A DNA stretch of 64,000 nt from Auanema rhodensis. Lineage: Eukaryota; Animalia; Nematoda. Position 1 is the first letter of the stretch. Each line of letters begins with the position of its first letter. Location: assembly GCA_964057225.1 (NCBI GenBank), contig OZ059895.1:5022001-5086000 (forward strand), given 5' to 3'. The notes below the pieces were generated by a model. The model had not been told where the DNA came from. It searched no databases and saw nothing but the letters and a program-made list of their open reading frames with translations. The position numbers and the translations under genes were made by a program. Shown piece by piece: positions 17,381-30,713 of the stretch.

Positions 17381-17695
17381 TCCAAATGTTAGCTTTCATG
17401 ACAAAGTATTAAGTAAAACACCAAAGGATTCAGATAAGACATTTTAATACATGAATGATAAAGTTCTTTAATTACTCATAATCCCTATTCATTTTTAACT
17501 AACACTTTAGGTGCAAACAATGATGCCAACATTCCCTTCCACACCCTGATTATCAACGAGCAAAGAGAACTCCCGAATTACTACACTATCAAAGTTCGAA
17601 AAAAAATTTTTTTTTAAACGAATATAAGAATTTTTGTCTAAAAAGAAACAATCGAGTATAACCATAAACTATTTACTTTGAAATCTACAAACTAA

Positions 17696-18586
17696 TTAGA
17701 TAGCGGCATTCAATGCATCCTTATACTTCTTGACACGGGAAGCGATAGACAGGTCAACGTATCTAGAATATATTAGTTTAGTTTTAACTTATAACATAGA
17801 TATTAAATTAAGAGAAAGAAGCTTACTTATCTCCAATGGTGACAACAAGACCTCCCAGAATAGATTCCTTGACAGTGTAAGTAACAGTGAACTTCTGTCC
17901 AGGTTTAGCCATCTACAACCATGATATTCGTACAATAAATATTCAGTTCGAGCCTGTACCTTGTGAAGAGCATCATTGAGAGATTGTTCATGTCCCTTGC
18001 TCAAAGGTTCAGCAGACGTAACTTGCACAAAGAGTTCCCCACGGTGAGCTCTCATTATAGATTCAAATGAAGAAACAACACCATCAAGTTTGTTCAATCT
18101 ACCGTTCTCAGCAAGAAGTCCTGAAAAGACGGTTATAAAAGCTAATGAAAATACAATACCGAGGAAGTTGGAGGATTCTTTGGAAAGTCCAAGCTTCTGA
18201 GATACGGCGTTAATGGCATCTTTTTTCTTATAGGCTTTAAGGGTAGGATCAAGAACAAAATCCTGAAAATATAATAGTAACTTTAGAAAGAATAGTAATA
18301 ATCACCTTGAACTTCTGACTCTCTTGCAAAGCATTGCGAATGTTCTGAAGATCCTTGTCAACTTGTTCAAGCTTTTTGTTTTTGTGAGCAGCTGAGTAAA
18401 GAGCTGCAGCATATTTTCCTTCAACTCCGTGAACCTTAAATACCCAAATCGCAGTTGAACACAATTTTTAGTTTTTCAAATAAAAATAACTATTATTATT
18501 ATAGAGCATACCTGAACTGGAGCTTTCACAAGTCCCGAGCGAGCAATGGCGCTCATAGAGAGCGATCTCTTGAGGATGGTGGCCAT
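17696..18586 (-). CDS. atp-3: Mitochondrial ATP synthase OSCP subunit (ATP5PO)
   Basis: MATILKRSLSMSAIARSGLVKAPVQ|VHGVEGKYAAALYSAA, LLAENGRLNKL, ESILGGLVVTIGD|KYVDLSIASRVKKY. Confidence 0.96.
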
Positions 18587-19297
18587 TCTGAATAAAAAAT
18601 TAATTCAATAAATTTCGCTAATCGTTTTAAAGTTTCATTTCCAAGCCCATTAAGTGTCAAATCATTAAAACCTCTTTACTACTGTCGAAGCATTATTTTT
18701 GTGTAAATAATAATCTAAATATACAAAATAACAAAATACTGGAAAAATCATTGTGAAAGTTTCAATATAACGGGAGATGTATGGGCAGGATGAAATGTTG
18801 AGAATGGTTTATCGGCACATTGCCAAACTGGTCCCACCACGACTACTGCGCGTCGACTCATGTTAAAAGCGATAGGCAGTCAAACAAATTCGCACATATT
18901 CTAAACCAGAAAATCCCTGATTCCCCTTATGAATCTATAGTTTTTTCTCATTTTGAGGTTATTTGTATAGAAATTTCTTCAATAGTTTAAAGCAAGTTAA
19001 ATATTATGAGTTTCTTTCCTCAGTTTATGTGTTTTTAGTGATTAAAAGGGCTTTTTGAAATATTTAGGATATTATTTTGGAAGATAATCATACTTCTTGG
19101 TCTATAAATTTGTGTATGTTTTTATAAGCTTTTATGTTGCTTTTCTTAATTTTTCATTCTTGCTTTCACTTTTTTTGGAGAGTGTATTTACCTTGTGTTT
19201 CATCTTGTTGTGAAATATTTCGAAATTTCATTTTTGCTTTTCATTGTTTTCTGTATTTAATTATTCTTTTTCAGCCACCGCTCAACTAGGAGAAATC

Positions 19298-19599
<302 letters not shown>

Positions 19600-19666
19600 T
19601 CAGTTGTTGTTATTTACATAAATTGTTTTGTTCATTTGGTTTATTACAAAATTTATATAATATATA

Positions 19667-20696
19667 TTACGCGATTGTTTCTTCAAGAATGTCCATTTCA
19701 CGGTTGTCTCTTCTATCTCGACGTGGATTGAATAGGTATTGCTTCTCCTCGATTTTTTCACGTTTTGGTTTCCTCTTTCTATGTCGAGGGTTTTTCTGGT
19801 GCGTGTCTCTTTGGTGTGTTTCCAGCATGTCTAGATCTGGCGGTTTTGGGTGTATGTATCGATCGTTCAGTAGTATCAATCCCCTAGAAAACTGCATTAT
19901 CTTTTTACGATCTCGTGAACCTCAAACCTGTAAGTTTGGAGTATGATAATGAGCGCGTTTTTGCAAGTAAAGAAAATCATGGTGTATGTCACAAGACCGT
20001 GTTGAAACATGAGGTATAAGCGAACCTGGGAAATACAATAATTGTTGTGCTTAAAAGTAGTTGGGCTTACTAATAGGAATGGTATGTCTTGTAGTGAGTT
20101 TGCGAGAATAATTGCCCAAATATCAACATCATGGATAACCTAAAAAATTTTATCGCAGAATTGTTCTTTAAAGCTTACCTGCCAACAGTCTCTCTGCCGG
20201 GGCATTATAAGTTCTTCATAGGCTTTTGTGATAGCCACTCTCATCTTACGTGCGCGGCTAACCGTGAGTACAAAAGGAAATTGTAGTAAACTGAGCTGTA
20301 AAATTCACATTATTTCTAAGAATAATGTAGCAGGTTGAACATACCGTCCAAGCGGCTAAGACAATATGCTGAACTTGAATATTGTTATACACTGCTTTTT
20401 CTTTAAAGACGTCAAAGAATTCGACGATGTCGGATGAGATCGCCTGGAACCGAGAAATTTGGTTTATTTTAATTTTAAAAAAGTTATACCAAATAGGCTA
20501 GTAAAATTTGAGAGAGTTGTTCTCTGCTAATATCTCCCTTCGGCAGCATCCATCTGCCTATTATAAGAGTAACTAGAAGTAATTGTTCCAGTAATTGTAA
20601 ACGTAACTCTTCATCAGCACCACCTAAATTTGTTTTCTGAATAAATAACTCCACTGAATTCCCTTATATTATAAGTTATTTCGTCTTTACTATGGT

Positions 20697-20727
<31 letters not shown>

Positions 20728-22431
20728 TAGGAAAATGAAGAACTCGACAACTATAGAAAGCTCTACTTTCATTGCTCTGTCTGTCCCTAGAGTGTGTTGA
20801 TGGTAGCAATAAATGGAGAAGTTCTTAAAACTTTTGTGAGATTGAAAAGATTGATATTTAGTTTTAATAGTATGACCTTTTTGATTTGATATCATACATG
20901 TGACTCACAAATCTCAAGACGTTTTTGAAGTTAAACTTCGAATAATTTATTTTTCGAGGTCTTTGAGCGGCTATTATTCAGATGATAATTTTGACTCGTG
21001 GGAAAAGCTATTCTAAAAACTAGACATCCCATACTTACTCATTGAGAACTTGTAACAGCTATATATCTTATTCCTTTAGGAGTAGCCACAAGTTTCATAA
21101 CGATAGAAGATATATTGAAACGGACAAAAACGAGGTTTAAGATTGATTCCGTGAGGATTTATTATAACTATTATAACTACTCAGAATATCAACCAAATGT
21201 AAGGAAAAAAGTATAAAGGAGATAAGATGCGATTGATTAACCTACCATTTTAGAAATTTTCAAACGTTTAAAGATGCTCTACATAAAACATTACTTGAGC
21301 TTTCAGTTGAATGAACTTCAAGAGTTCTTGTTATTTTATGTTCTTCGCGTTTGTCAAAACTGACCGATTTGAACTGTTGATTTTCCTGCCACTGCTATTT
21401 CTCTTCGCCATTCACACATTTTCGTTTCAAGAAGCCAAATAGGAGGAGCTGTTGCCACAATATACAACAGAACACTTGTACAAAACCTACTCAATAAAAA
21501 TTTATTTAAACTATATTTAAACAAATAGTTAACCATCTACGTTCGTCACCAGCTCGCATGATGATAGTATATGATCCTTCAAATACGATTAACAATGAGA
21601 TTAAAGCGAAACCCCATACACCTTCTCTATAAATATAATATTTTTATCACATTTTATGTTGAACTTCATTTTAACCTTCCTTCAATTCTCACAGTTTGTC
21701 CTATTGTGAACATGGAGTGCACAATGAAAAATAGTCGAGCTAAGATAGCCCTGAAAAATGATAGATAAGGATGTTGCACTCTTTCCTCTCTTATATTCTC
21801 TTTTTTTCACTTTTTTTCTAAAATTTTTTTTACACAATCTCAACCATATTCTATAGAAGTTATAGTCAATGTGCTTTTTATAAAAGCTTTCTCCTTTTTT
21901 CATGGTTTCCTTTTGTTTTACTATGGAGATTTACGTTTTTTTTTGACAATTCCAATCTGATTTAATCTTAGAACATCGCTCTTATACTATTTCTCTATTA
22001 AAAGTATATGAATTACTCCCTTGAGAAAAAGAGTGCCTGGCACACGAACATGATCATAAGACCAGAAAAGCTGGAAACGATTTGTTGAAAAATGTATACA
22101 ATCTGTGTCAATTCTCAAAAATTTTTTTTTGTCAAATCATAACCCTTCTCAGTTTCTCATTTTTAATTAATAATCATAATCAGAGATAACGTTCTTCATT
22201 CAGATATACTCGAAAAGAGTAAATATAAACTTTCATTCACTAAAAATGTCTGAGGTGTATGATAATCTTTCTTACACATTTAACAATTTATCGAACTTAC
22301 CTGCCAACGCTAATAAGAACCCGAGTTCCATCAACGTCTACGGGCTGAGGTGCTACAGTAACACGATGTTTCCTAGGAATACTTCCTGACCGCCGTCGAC
22401 TAGTTTCAGCTGTTGAAGTAGATGCAGCCAT
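19667..22431 (-). CDS. tmem-26: Transmembrane protein 26 homolog; multi-exon, middle exons uncertain
   Basis: AILARLFFIVHS, FCTSVLLYIVATAPPIWLLE, EQLLLVTLIIGRWMLPKGDISREQLSQILLAYL, SSDIVEFF, QDIPFLL and IFFTCKN match the TMEM26 family from recall. Confidence 0.85.
20697..20722. repeat. (TA)n microsatellite, intronic
   Basis: Read directly. Confidence 0.95.
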
Positions 22432-22829
22432 GTGTAGTGTTTTAGAACTCCGCGACCATAAGGTAAGGTTTCAAATCATTAGAAATATTAAATCCGCAGA
22501 GTTTGAGAATGAGGATACGGATAGAAGAAGTTAGTTATCTTCTGCGAATTCTGTTTGATATAGAGGGCGGTCCGGATCTATTCTCTTGTCGTCCTCATTC
22601 TACCCATTCTCTCTATATGTTCCTCGAGGGAATGAAAAAGTCAATGGGTCTGTTTGAAATCAAAAGAAGAGCAAAATGCCGGCAATGAATAGTCAGATGA
22701 GTTTAAAAAAGGATAGATGAGAAAAATTCCTAAAAAAGCTTTTTTAGAAAGAGAGACAACTAAGTATTTCATTAACAATTGAAAATATTTATAACTCTTA
22801 TGATCACATTATCACCTTCTCATTTTTCA

Positions 22830-24831
22830 CTACTGAAGCAAATATTCTAAAATGAATATATAAAACTTTTTGTACCTAAACTTTGCGTTTCATTTTCTAA
22901 TGTTTCCATGGTTGATCGCTGTCTAGGTGTTTTAGCTATAAACAGCTCCTCTTGTTTATTTAGAATTAAGCTTACACACTGAAACCTCATATTCAAATTT
23001 CATCATTAAGAAACATAAGAAAAAAGTGAAAAATTAACCTCGTTTCTATTTTCCTGTTCTCGTTGTGCATATAATACGGCTTCATCAAGACTGACAAACA
23101 TATGTTTTTTTGGAACAATCTTATGAAAGTTGCTGTGTTCGAATAACTGTCGTACATATACTGAAAAGGTGGATTCATTCCAAATAAAGTTCAATGTAGA
23201 TTGTACCTCTACATTGACTAAAAAATACTGTGATGTTTATAGTCTGATAATCTTTATACATTTGAATAAGTGCATCTTTCCCCATTAAATCAATATAAGG
23301 TACTGTGGAACAATCTAAAAGTTTTGATTCTTAAATTCTGCAAAAAAAATAAACCTATAATGACATGAGTTAACAATTCCGTTTGCTCCTCGGTACTTTT
23401 ATCTCGTGAATGATTCTTTTCACTTTCATTTGTGTGCATTTTCAACTCAAGAACTAAATTAACTATCAAAAAACAAAAAGTTAAATATAAAGGCAAAAGT
23501 ATTCCGTTGCGGGGAATCGAACCCCGGCCTTATGGGTGAGAGCCATAAATCCTAACCACTAGACCACAACGGACTCATTTACGACACTATTATAACTTCT
23601 TCTTTTATTGAAAAGTGCTAATGTAGCAGAACTAACCAGACTGTTTTTCTTCAGGAAAGATTTCGTTTTCAATATCATTCCTTTTTCTTTGCTTCTTTGC
23701 CATCATAAGTTTTTTATCTAGCGATTCTTTTAGCTTTTGTTGCACTGTCATTAAAATAAACAAGTTAATCAATATTCAGTTACCTAGAATAGGATTGACT
23801 CCACAAACGGAATACAACGACGAAGTGAAAAACTCTGCATTAGCAAAGTAGATGGGAGCATTGAAACGAAATATTTTGATTCCTTAACAATACATTTTTT
23901 AATTTAATGGTACGTATACATACCGGATACTTCGCAAGCTTCCCTGTATTGTGTTAGTCCTTTGAAATGCGGTGTGCCGGGGACACGACCTAAACAAACA
24001 GCTTCAGCCCTGAATTATCCGAATCACAAATCAACATAAAAAATTATTTTCGAACCATTGAGATCGAAAAACAACCGATAACATTGCAAAAACGATTCCA
24101 ATGACAAGACCATAATTCACATTTATCAGAATAACGGAACTCAGAGTCATAATATATATGAGCTGAAAAACGGTATATTCAAAAATAATAAAGCTCGTTT
24201 TTCATACAAAATCTACAGTACTCTCTTTTCTAATACTAAATGTCTTGAATAATTGTATGAGCAAATCTTTTAATGCAACAACTACTATTGATGCTAAAAC
24301 TGCCTGAATCATAAAAATAGATATCTAAATTTGAATTTGCATGATTTTCAGAATTATTACCTTGGGTAGAAAGTATATTAACTTTGTTATTCCATGAACA
24401 AAACCAAGTACAACAAAAGCACACACAATAGTCGATAACTATAAATATTTTGAGTAAAAAATTATAATTACTCAACGTATTTGTTAACGATATTGGTACC
24501 TGAGATTTTGTTCCAAATTTCACTTGAAGCATTGTTCTTCCTAAGGAACTACCGCCGGCAAAACATCCGAATATTGAAGATATAGTATGCATAGCTCCCA
24601 AAGCAAACCATTCCTATAGACATAAACGTTAAACTATCAGATAAATATAATAAATTTTACTTGGTTAGCGTCAACTTCATAATTAAGCTTTTTAGATACT
24701 ATTTTAGCTAATGCAATATGAATAACAAATGAAACAACAGCTATGGTAACTGAAGAACTGAAGTAATTAGAAACATTATTGAGAGCGGGCAATCGAGGAG
24801 AAACGAGCCCTGCTTGAACCTATAATAGATA

Positions 24832-24881
<50 letters not shown>

Positions 24882-26968
24882 TAGTTAAAATAGTTTTGAA
24901 ATGAACACTGAATCTAACCTCTCCAACATATGCAATATTAATAGGATGTTTCGTATTCTGTGAATACCACACAACTGCTGTAGATAATACAACCTATGAA
25001 ATAAATTATATTTATTTCAAAACTCAAAAATTAATAAACAAACAACAATAAGTTCCATAGGAAATTTAACTTGAACTTTTTTTTTTAGTAATGGATCGAT
25101 AACATATGATGAGAATAGCAGAAGACAAATAGTTGTCAAAGACATTGCTACAGACATTATATCAATTTTATCCAACTGTGTGATGAAACAAAGATAAAAC
25201 TTAAATAATCTTATTATTGTATAAAATTTGAAAAATATACGGTTCTTTTCTGTTATTTCCCCCCCCCTCGGTAGGCTCCGCCCCTTCTGCCGAAACGCGC
25301 GCAGTTTTACAACCTGGGGACGGAATAGACTCTAAACCATCTTCACGCACAACTTCCAAACTCCGGGGGTCTGGGGGGTATCCCCCCAGTGGGGAGAAGT
25401 TTAACCCCAATTGAAAGAAGTACAAAGTTAACATGTTTTAAAAGGGTTATAAAAGTTTTTGTGTGGAGAAGACGGAACAATCAAAAAAGACTATTTGATA
25501 CCATTTTTGAAGATATTGTACTTGTTATGCGAGGGAGAGAGAATAAAGCTGATTTATAGGTTAATAATTTTTATTAAAATAACTTCTCCCCACTGGGGGG
25601 ATACCCCCCAGACCCCCGGAGTTCGGAAGTTGTGCGTGAAGGTGGTTTAGAGTCTATAGGGTGGTTCAGAGTCTCATCCCCAGGTTGTAAAACTGCGCGC
25701 GTTTCGGCAGAAGAGGCGGAGCCTAGCAAGGGGGGGGAAATAACAGAAAAGAGCCAAATATACAATTACCTTTATAATTCCCAATGGTTCACTATTTGAT
25801 GGTACATAATGAATTCCTGTCATGTATTTGAGTTGAGAAGTTACTACATGTATAGCAGCTCCAGATGTTAAACCAGAAACATCAATTTTTTGTTTAAAAT
25901 ATTAAGAATTTTCATAGTGATATTAATACCTTGAACTAAATGATCAGATAACCAAACCGCTAGTAATCCAACATTAAGTAACCCGAAAACAATCTATAAA
26001 ACTTATTAAGAACTGTAAGCGAATTTAATATCTGCTGCTCAGACCTGTAAAAGCCCTACAAGCATAGTAACGTTACAAGCTACTCTAACTGCTTCTTCAG
26101 CAATAATGGCATGTGATACACGAGAGCAACATATCTGCTGTTCATTGATAAGCAGCATAGTATCTAATATGTTACAAATACTTTGAAGTATAACTAATAT
26201 TTGGCAACAATACCATTATATTGTTTATCTGATGAAAATAAAGTATTTTGAGGAACTAGTTCATTACTTACAACACTGCCAATCATAAGTGAAACAATAG
26301 CAAAGGCACCTCAAATATTATTGGTAATAATCTATTTGTATAATTAAACAAAATTGAAAATAATAATGTATAAACCTGGTGATGTATGCTTTGATGTACC
26401 AAATAATGTATAAATTAACGGAGATATAAATCCTGTGATCAGGCCATAATTGGGTGGAACACCAACTAGAAAGGCATATGCCAAACCTAAAATTAATACA
26501 AATTGCGTTATATAAAAGCCAAATTACTTTGAGGTACACTTATCACAGATATCATAATTCCACCAATGATATCAGTAAAGGCTGATTCATGCCAACGATA
26601 TAGAGGCAACCAACGTAACAACGGCAGTCGACACAACACAAAATTCCGCCAATCCGATTTAGACCATTTTCCAATCAAAAACATTATATTTTTTTAATTT
26701 GTATACTTTTAAATTAAAAAATAGTATTTAGTAAATAATAGAACTTGAAGATTAACCTGCTGATAATGCCAGTGTACCTTATGGCCCAATGTTAGATCAA
26801 TTCTCTTATAACCATATTTTACATCAAATAATTCTTGATTTAAAATCGGCCTAAGTTTCGCTTTAACACAACGATGCTGTAATGGAATTCTAAAAATAAT
26901 ATATATAATGCTTATTATAAACTATATTATAACTTATTATAATTATTTTCTTTGAATGAAGTAGCCAT
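22830..26968 (-). CDS. SLC26/SulP anion transporter with STAS domain (sulp family); multi-exon, 3' end approximate
   Basis: RPILNQELFD, FTDIIGGIMISVISVPQ, FGTSKHTSPG, GLTSGAAIHVVTSQ, VDANQEWFALG, GSSLGRTMLQ, IFRFNAPIYFANAE and MFVSLDEAV. Confidence 0.9.
23502..23573 (-). tRNA. tRNA-Glu (anticodon CTC), intronic in the SLC26 gene
   Basis: Reverse complement TCCGTTGTGGTCTAGTGGTTAGGATTTATGGCTCTCACCCATAAGGCCGGGGTTCGATTCCCCGCAACGGAA has a 7-bp acceptor stem, A and B boxes, CTC anticodon and a downstream TTTT terminator. Confidence 0.97.
24834..24878. repeat. (TA)n microsatellite in an SLC26 intron
   Basis: Read directly. Confidence 0.95.
25241..25755. mobile_element. Non-autonomous DNA transposon (MITE), 515 bp, ~160-175-bp TIRs, 8-bp TSD AAATATAC; Merlin-like
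   Basis: Left arm GGTTCTTTTCTGTTATTTCCCC...CAGTGGGGAGAAGTT (25241-~25401) is an imperfect reverse complement of the right arm (~25581-25755, ending GGAAATAACAGAAAAGAGCC). AAATATAC flanks both ends (25233-25240, 25756-25763). GG...CC termini with an 8-bp TSD fit Merlin. No ORF. Confidence 0.9.
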
Positions 26969-27848
26969 AATTGGATTTTTCTAAAATATCACAAATATTA
27001 AGTAAGCTAGTTTGATTTGTTTCATCAAATACTTAATTATATTTCAAATAATAAAAGTTTGAAACTAAAACAAAAAATATTTGAAAAGAGGAAATATACC
27101 TAAAATATCTTTTTAAAATTATAAAATTTCCCTTCTAATGTTTCACGTGAAATTATCATGAATATGCTAATTAGTTAAGGACTATTCTAATTGTCACGCA
27201 TTATATTTATTGAATGTATTATAGTATTATAATATTATTATTTCATTATATTTTATATAAAATATTATTTTTTTTCATTATTTGTTTCAAATATATCATT
27301 TGAATTATTTTATACTATGTGAAAAATAGATTTTTAATATTTTTAATTATAAATAAATATATATAATAATTATTATTATTCTATTTATGCGTATAATACA
27401 AGATTTTCTATTTAATATTCAACAAATAGATGTGAAGGTTAAGGGATCTTGTCCTCATCCATAACCTGGCTTCTACTTCTTCCGAATTGTTTACAGGTAC
27501 ATTCATCCTCTCATTGCGTCATCCAGCCGTCCCCAGGTCGCACGAAGACGACGATAATGCTTCAGTAATGATGATAACATACACAAAATGAAGAGGTATG
27601 ACCGAGAAGAAAAGTAAAGTTATAGTATATGTACAAAGATGGGCGTGGCAGTATCTTAATACCTCTATCTCATCAGAGATAGTTATTTCAGTCACTGCTG
27701 CTGCACATAAGCAGCTTCTACCGATGGAAGAAGACGAATCTTCTATTTCTCTCTTTCTTAGCCATTTCTTCATTTGCGCATTTCTTGTTTTTCCTATTAA
27801 AACATTTATTTCAGATATCTCAAACTGTTTTGTTCAATAATTTCGAAA

Positions 27849-30461
27849 ATGGCTCCAGTTCTATCATCCATTATCAGTACACCAACCAGCCGTCATCGTA
27901 ATAAAGGTGAAACTTTTTTAAAATTCTTTAAACAAAATTTAATTTGATCAAATGAATAATATTTTTTATTAAATATGCTCATATGCATAAAGAATATAAG
28001 TGCCAGATATACATATGTGTGTGAGAAGTGAAGTAACACGGAGGATCTTACTTCAAACATAGTCATGATATTTCACAAAAATCGTCATCAATAAGTTTCT
28101 TACTCAGTAATCTTTGAATATTTCAAAATGTGCATTGATTTTTCAATTTAAAATGAAACTTCAAATTACTTTTGAATAGCAAACAACATAAGTTGTAATC
28201 TATACGTTGTGACCTTAACATTGTCGGTGGTTAACCAAGAGCAAAACTCATATTCCAACTTGACCTAACCCCGCATCTGCCAAAGTTACGCAATTCTTCT
28301 TCTTTGTGTACGTCTGAGGATAAATATAAGAAGTAGACATACTGGCTTAGACATATAAAAATTTTGAAAATACGTGGGTATAGTATAGTTATAGCAAACT
28401 ATTGCGGCGGTTCTTTTTCAATGTAATATTTTTGGCATTAAATAGTATTATTGTAACTATATGATATAGCTAATAATCATAAAATTAGAATATAAAATGA
28501 ACAGATCTATCAGGTGGTCAGCATACCTCATCTACACGTGTCATTCACATTGTAAAAAAAATATTTTTTTTGTCGGAAATTGTTCAATTACTATAATCAT
28601 AATAGCCATGATGTTATCTCTTAAGGTTCCAAATTCTTCAACTGGATGTATATCTATATAATAAAATATTTTATTATATTTAACAACAATTTCTATTTCA
28701 GCAGCTCCATATATGCCTTCCTATATGGGAGATGGACAAGCTTGTGCCGTTTGTGGTGATTTAGCAACTGGATTACATTATAGAGCTATAACTTGCGAAG
28801 GGTGCAAAGGATTTTTCCGTCGCACAGCACAAGTAATTGATGTTTTCTTATTTATAATGAAGAATTAAATTATTCAACTAATAATGAATCTAATAATGAA
28901 AACTAATACGGATGTTTTTCAGCGTGGTTTACAATATACATGCAAAGCTGATGAAAAGTGTGATATCAATAAACAGACACGTAACGTTTGTCAGCGGTGT
29001 AGATATTTGAAATGTATTGCTGAAGGAATGAGCACAGATCGTGAGTGAACAATAATTTTATTATTCTGTAATAATATAATTTGTTTTAGTTGTTCTAAAT
29101 GATAATGAGCGGGTTCAAAAACGTGAACTAATTAGAGAAAACCGTCAGCGTCGTCAATTGGAATCAACTATTCAAGCCATGAAGAAATTCGACTTGGATA
29201 TTTTTGAATCTGACTGCATTCGTAGTGAGGTGAGAATGTCAAATAATTTACATTTTTAAAAAATTGTGTGCGTAAGTACCGTAGAATGTAATTGAACGAC
29301 AGATTACGGTATTTACTCAGATGTCCTATTTGCTATGATGAGCAGAACTGACCGTCTGCTGATCATTATTTTAGGAAGGACACAAGTCTTATGAATGACG
29401 TCAGAGACGTAATTACGTCATACTGCTTTCAATTTATTTCTTTTGCCGAATATGTTTCACCAGTAGTAGTCATGAGTTGAATTGCATCACCAGCTACTGA
29501 TGGCGTCATAATCTATTCATCCTAGAAAAAATAAAATTTGTCTGTTGTACATTTATTCAGTTAATAGTAAAATATATTACAATTTGCTTTATATTTCTAA
29601 AAATAATGTTTTAGATGAATCGTATTACTAAGCTTTACTGTCAATTGTTTGATAAGCCTCTTTGTCGTGATTTGATGATGTCTCCTGCTACAGTAATTAC
29701 AAGCGACGAGCACATCGATGCTTTAATTCGTCCAGTTTTACGTCGTGCCACCACATATGCCAATGGCTTATCTGTCTTCAAAAAAGTATGTTTCAATTTT
29801 AATATGATGAAATATATTTATCAAATTAATAGATTGAGTGTCAAACACAGAAAACAATAATTTCCGAAAGTTTTCTTGAAGTACAGCTGTTACGCCTAAT
29901 TTCCTTCTATGATGAAACAGAAAATTGCTTCCGTCCTTCAGAATCATTATTTTTGCGTAAGCATGACCTGATTGATAGTTTAGAAGTTGATATTGTGGAT
30001 ACGGATGACAGTGGTATTTAATATTTTCTTTCGACAAAAAAATATATTTCATAAATTTTAGAAGAATTATCTAATTTGATTTCAATTCTTTTCGCAGTAG
30101 CTCGCTCATTGTCTGCTTGTCAACTTGATCATAGACAGTTGGCAGTATTGACAGCACTATTTATCTACAATCCAGATAACTTGATGTCATCAGACAGTGT
30201 ATGTTATGCTAAACAACTAAATATAATAATCTTGTTTTGTTCCATTTTCAGACTGAATTCGAAGAGATTTCAGAATGCCGTGATCGCTTGTTAGACATGT
30301 TTCGTATCTTGGCAGATGAAACATCTGACTCGCCATGCGATTTACATCGCTGGCCACGTTTATTAGCTCGAGTCACACAGTTCCGCATTCTTTGTGCTCG
30401 ACTGAAACGCCATTTAACTCCTAAAAATTTTCAGCTATTTAACACTATTTTAGCTATTTAA
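27849..30461 (+). CDS. Nuclear hormone receptor, thyroid hormone receptor (NR1A)-like; ~8 exons
   Basis: DBD: [42 protein letters not shown]|[39 protein letters not shown]|[25 protein letters not shown]: [64 protein letters not shown]. Nuclear receptor call is firm; TR subfamily rests on recalled alignment. Confidence 0.9.
28449..28628 (+). repeat. Copy 1 of a 180-bp inverted duplication (intron 1 of the nuclear receptor)
   Basis: Reverse complement of 31047-31226; no mismatch found by eye. Confidence 0.93.
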
Positions 30462-30669
30462 GATAGATAACAAGAACATGGAAATATTATAAATATATGA
30501 CCACGTAATATTATAGGAGAGGAAAACTAAAGGATGTTTTGACAGAAATTTAACACATAATTATAGGTATAAAACATTTAGGTTACAGTTCGTATACCGC
30601 TTCTTCAACAAGGGCAACATATTTGTGCAACGTGTACATAAAATATATATTATCATTATTTATATAATC

Positions 30670-30671
<2 letters not shown>

Positions 30672-30710
<39 letters not shown>
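30672..30710. repeat. (TA)n microsatellite downstream of the nuclear receptor stop
   Basis: Read directly. Confidence 0.95.

Positions 30711-30713
<3 letters not shown>

Noticed and set aside
25201-25765. Three short ORFs similar to each other (PLGGYPPDP.../GGYPPSG...)
   Set aside because: Translations of the MITE inverted arms.
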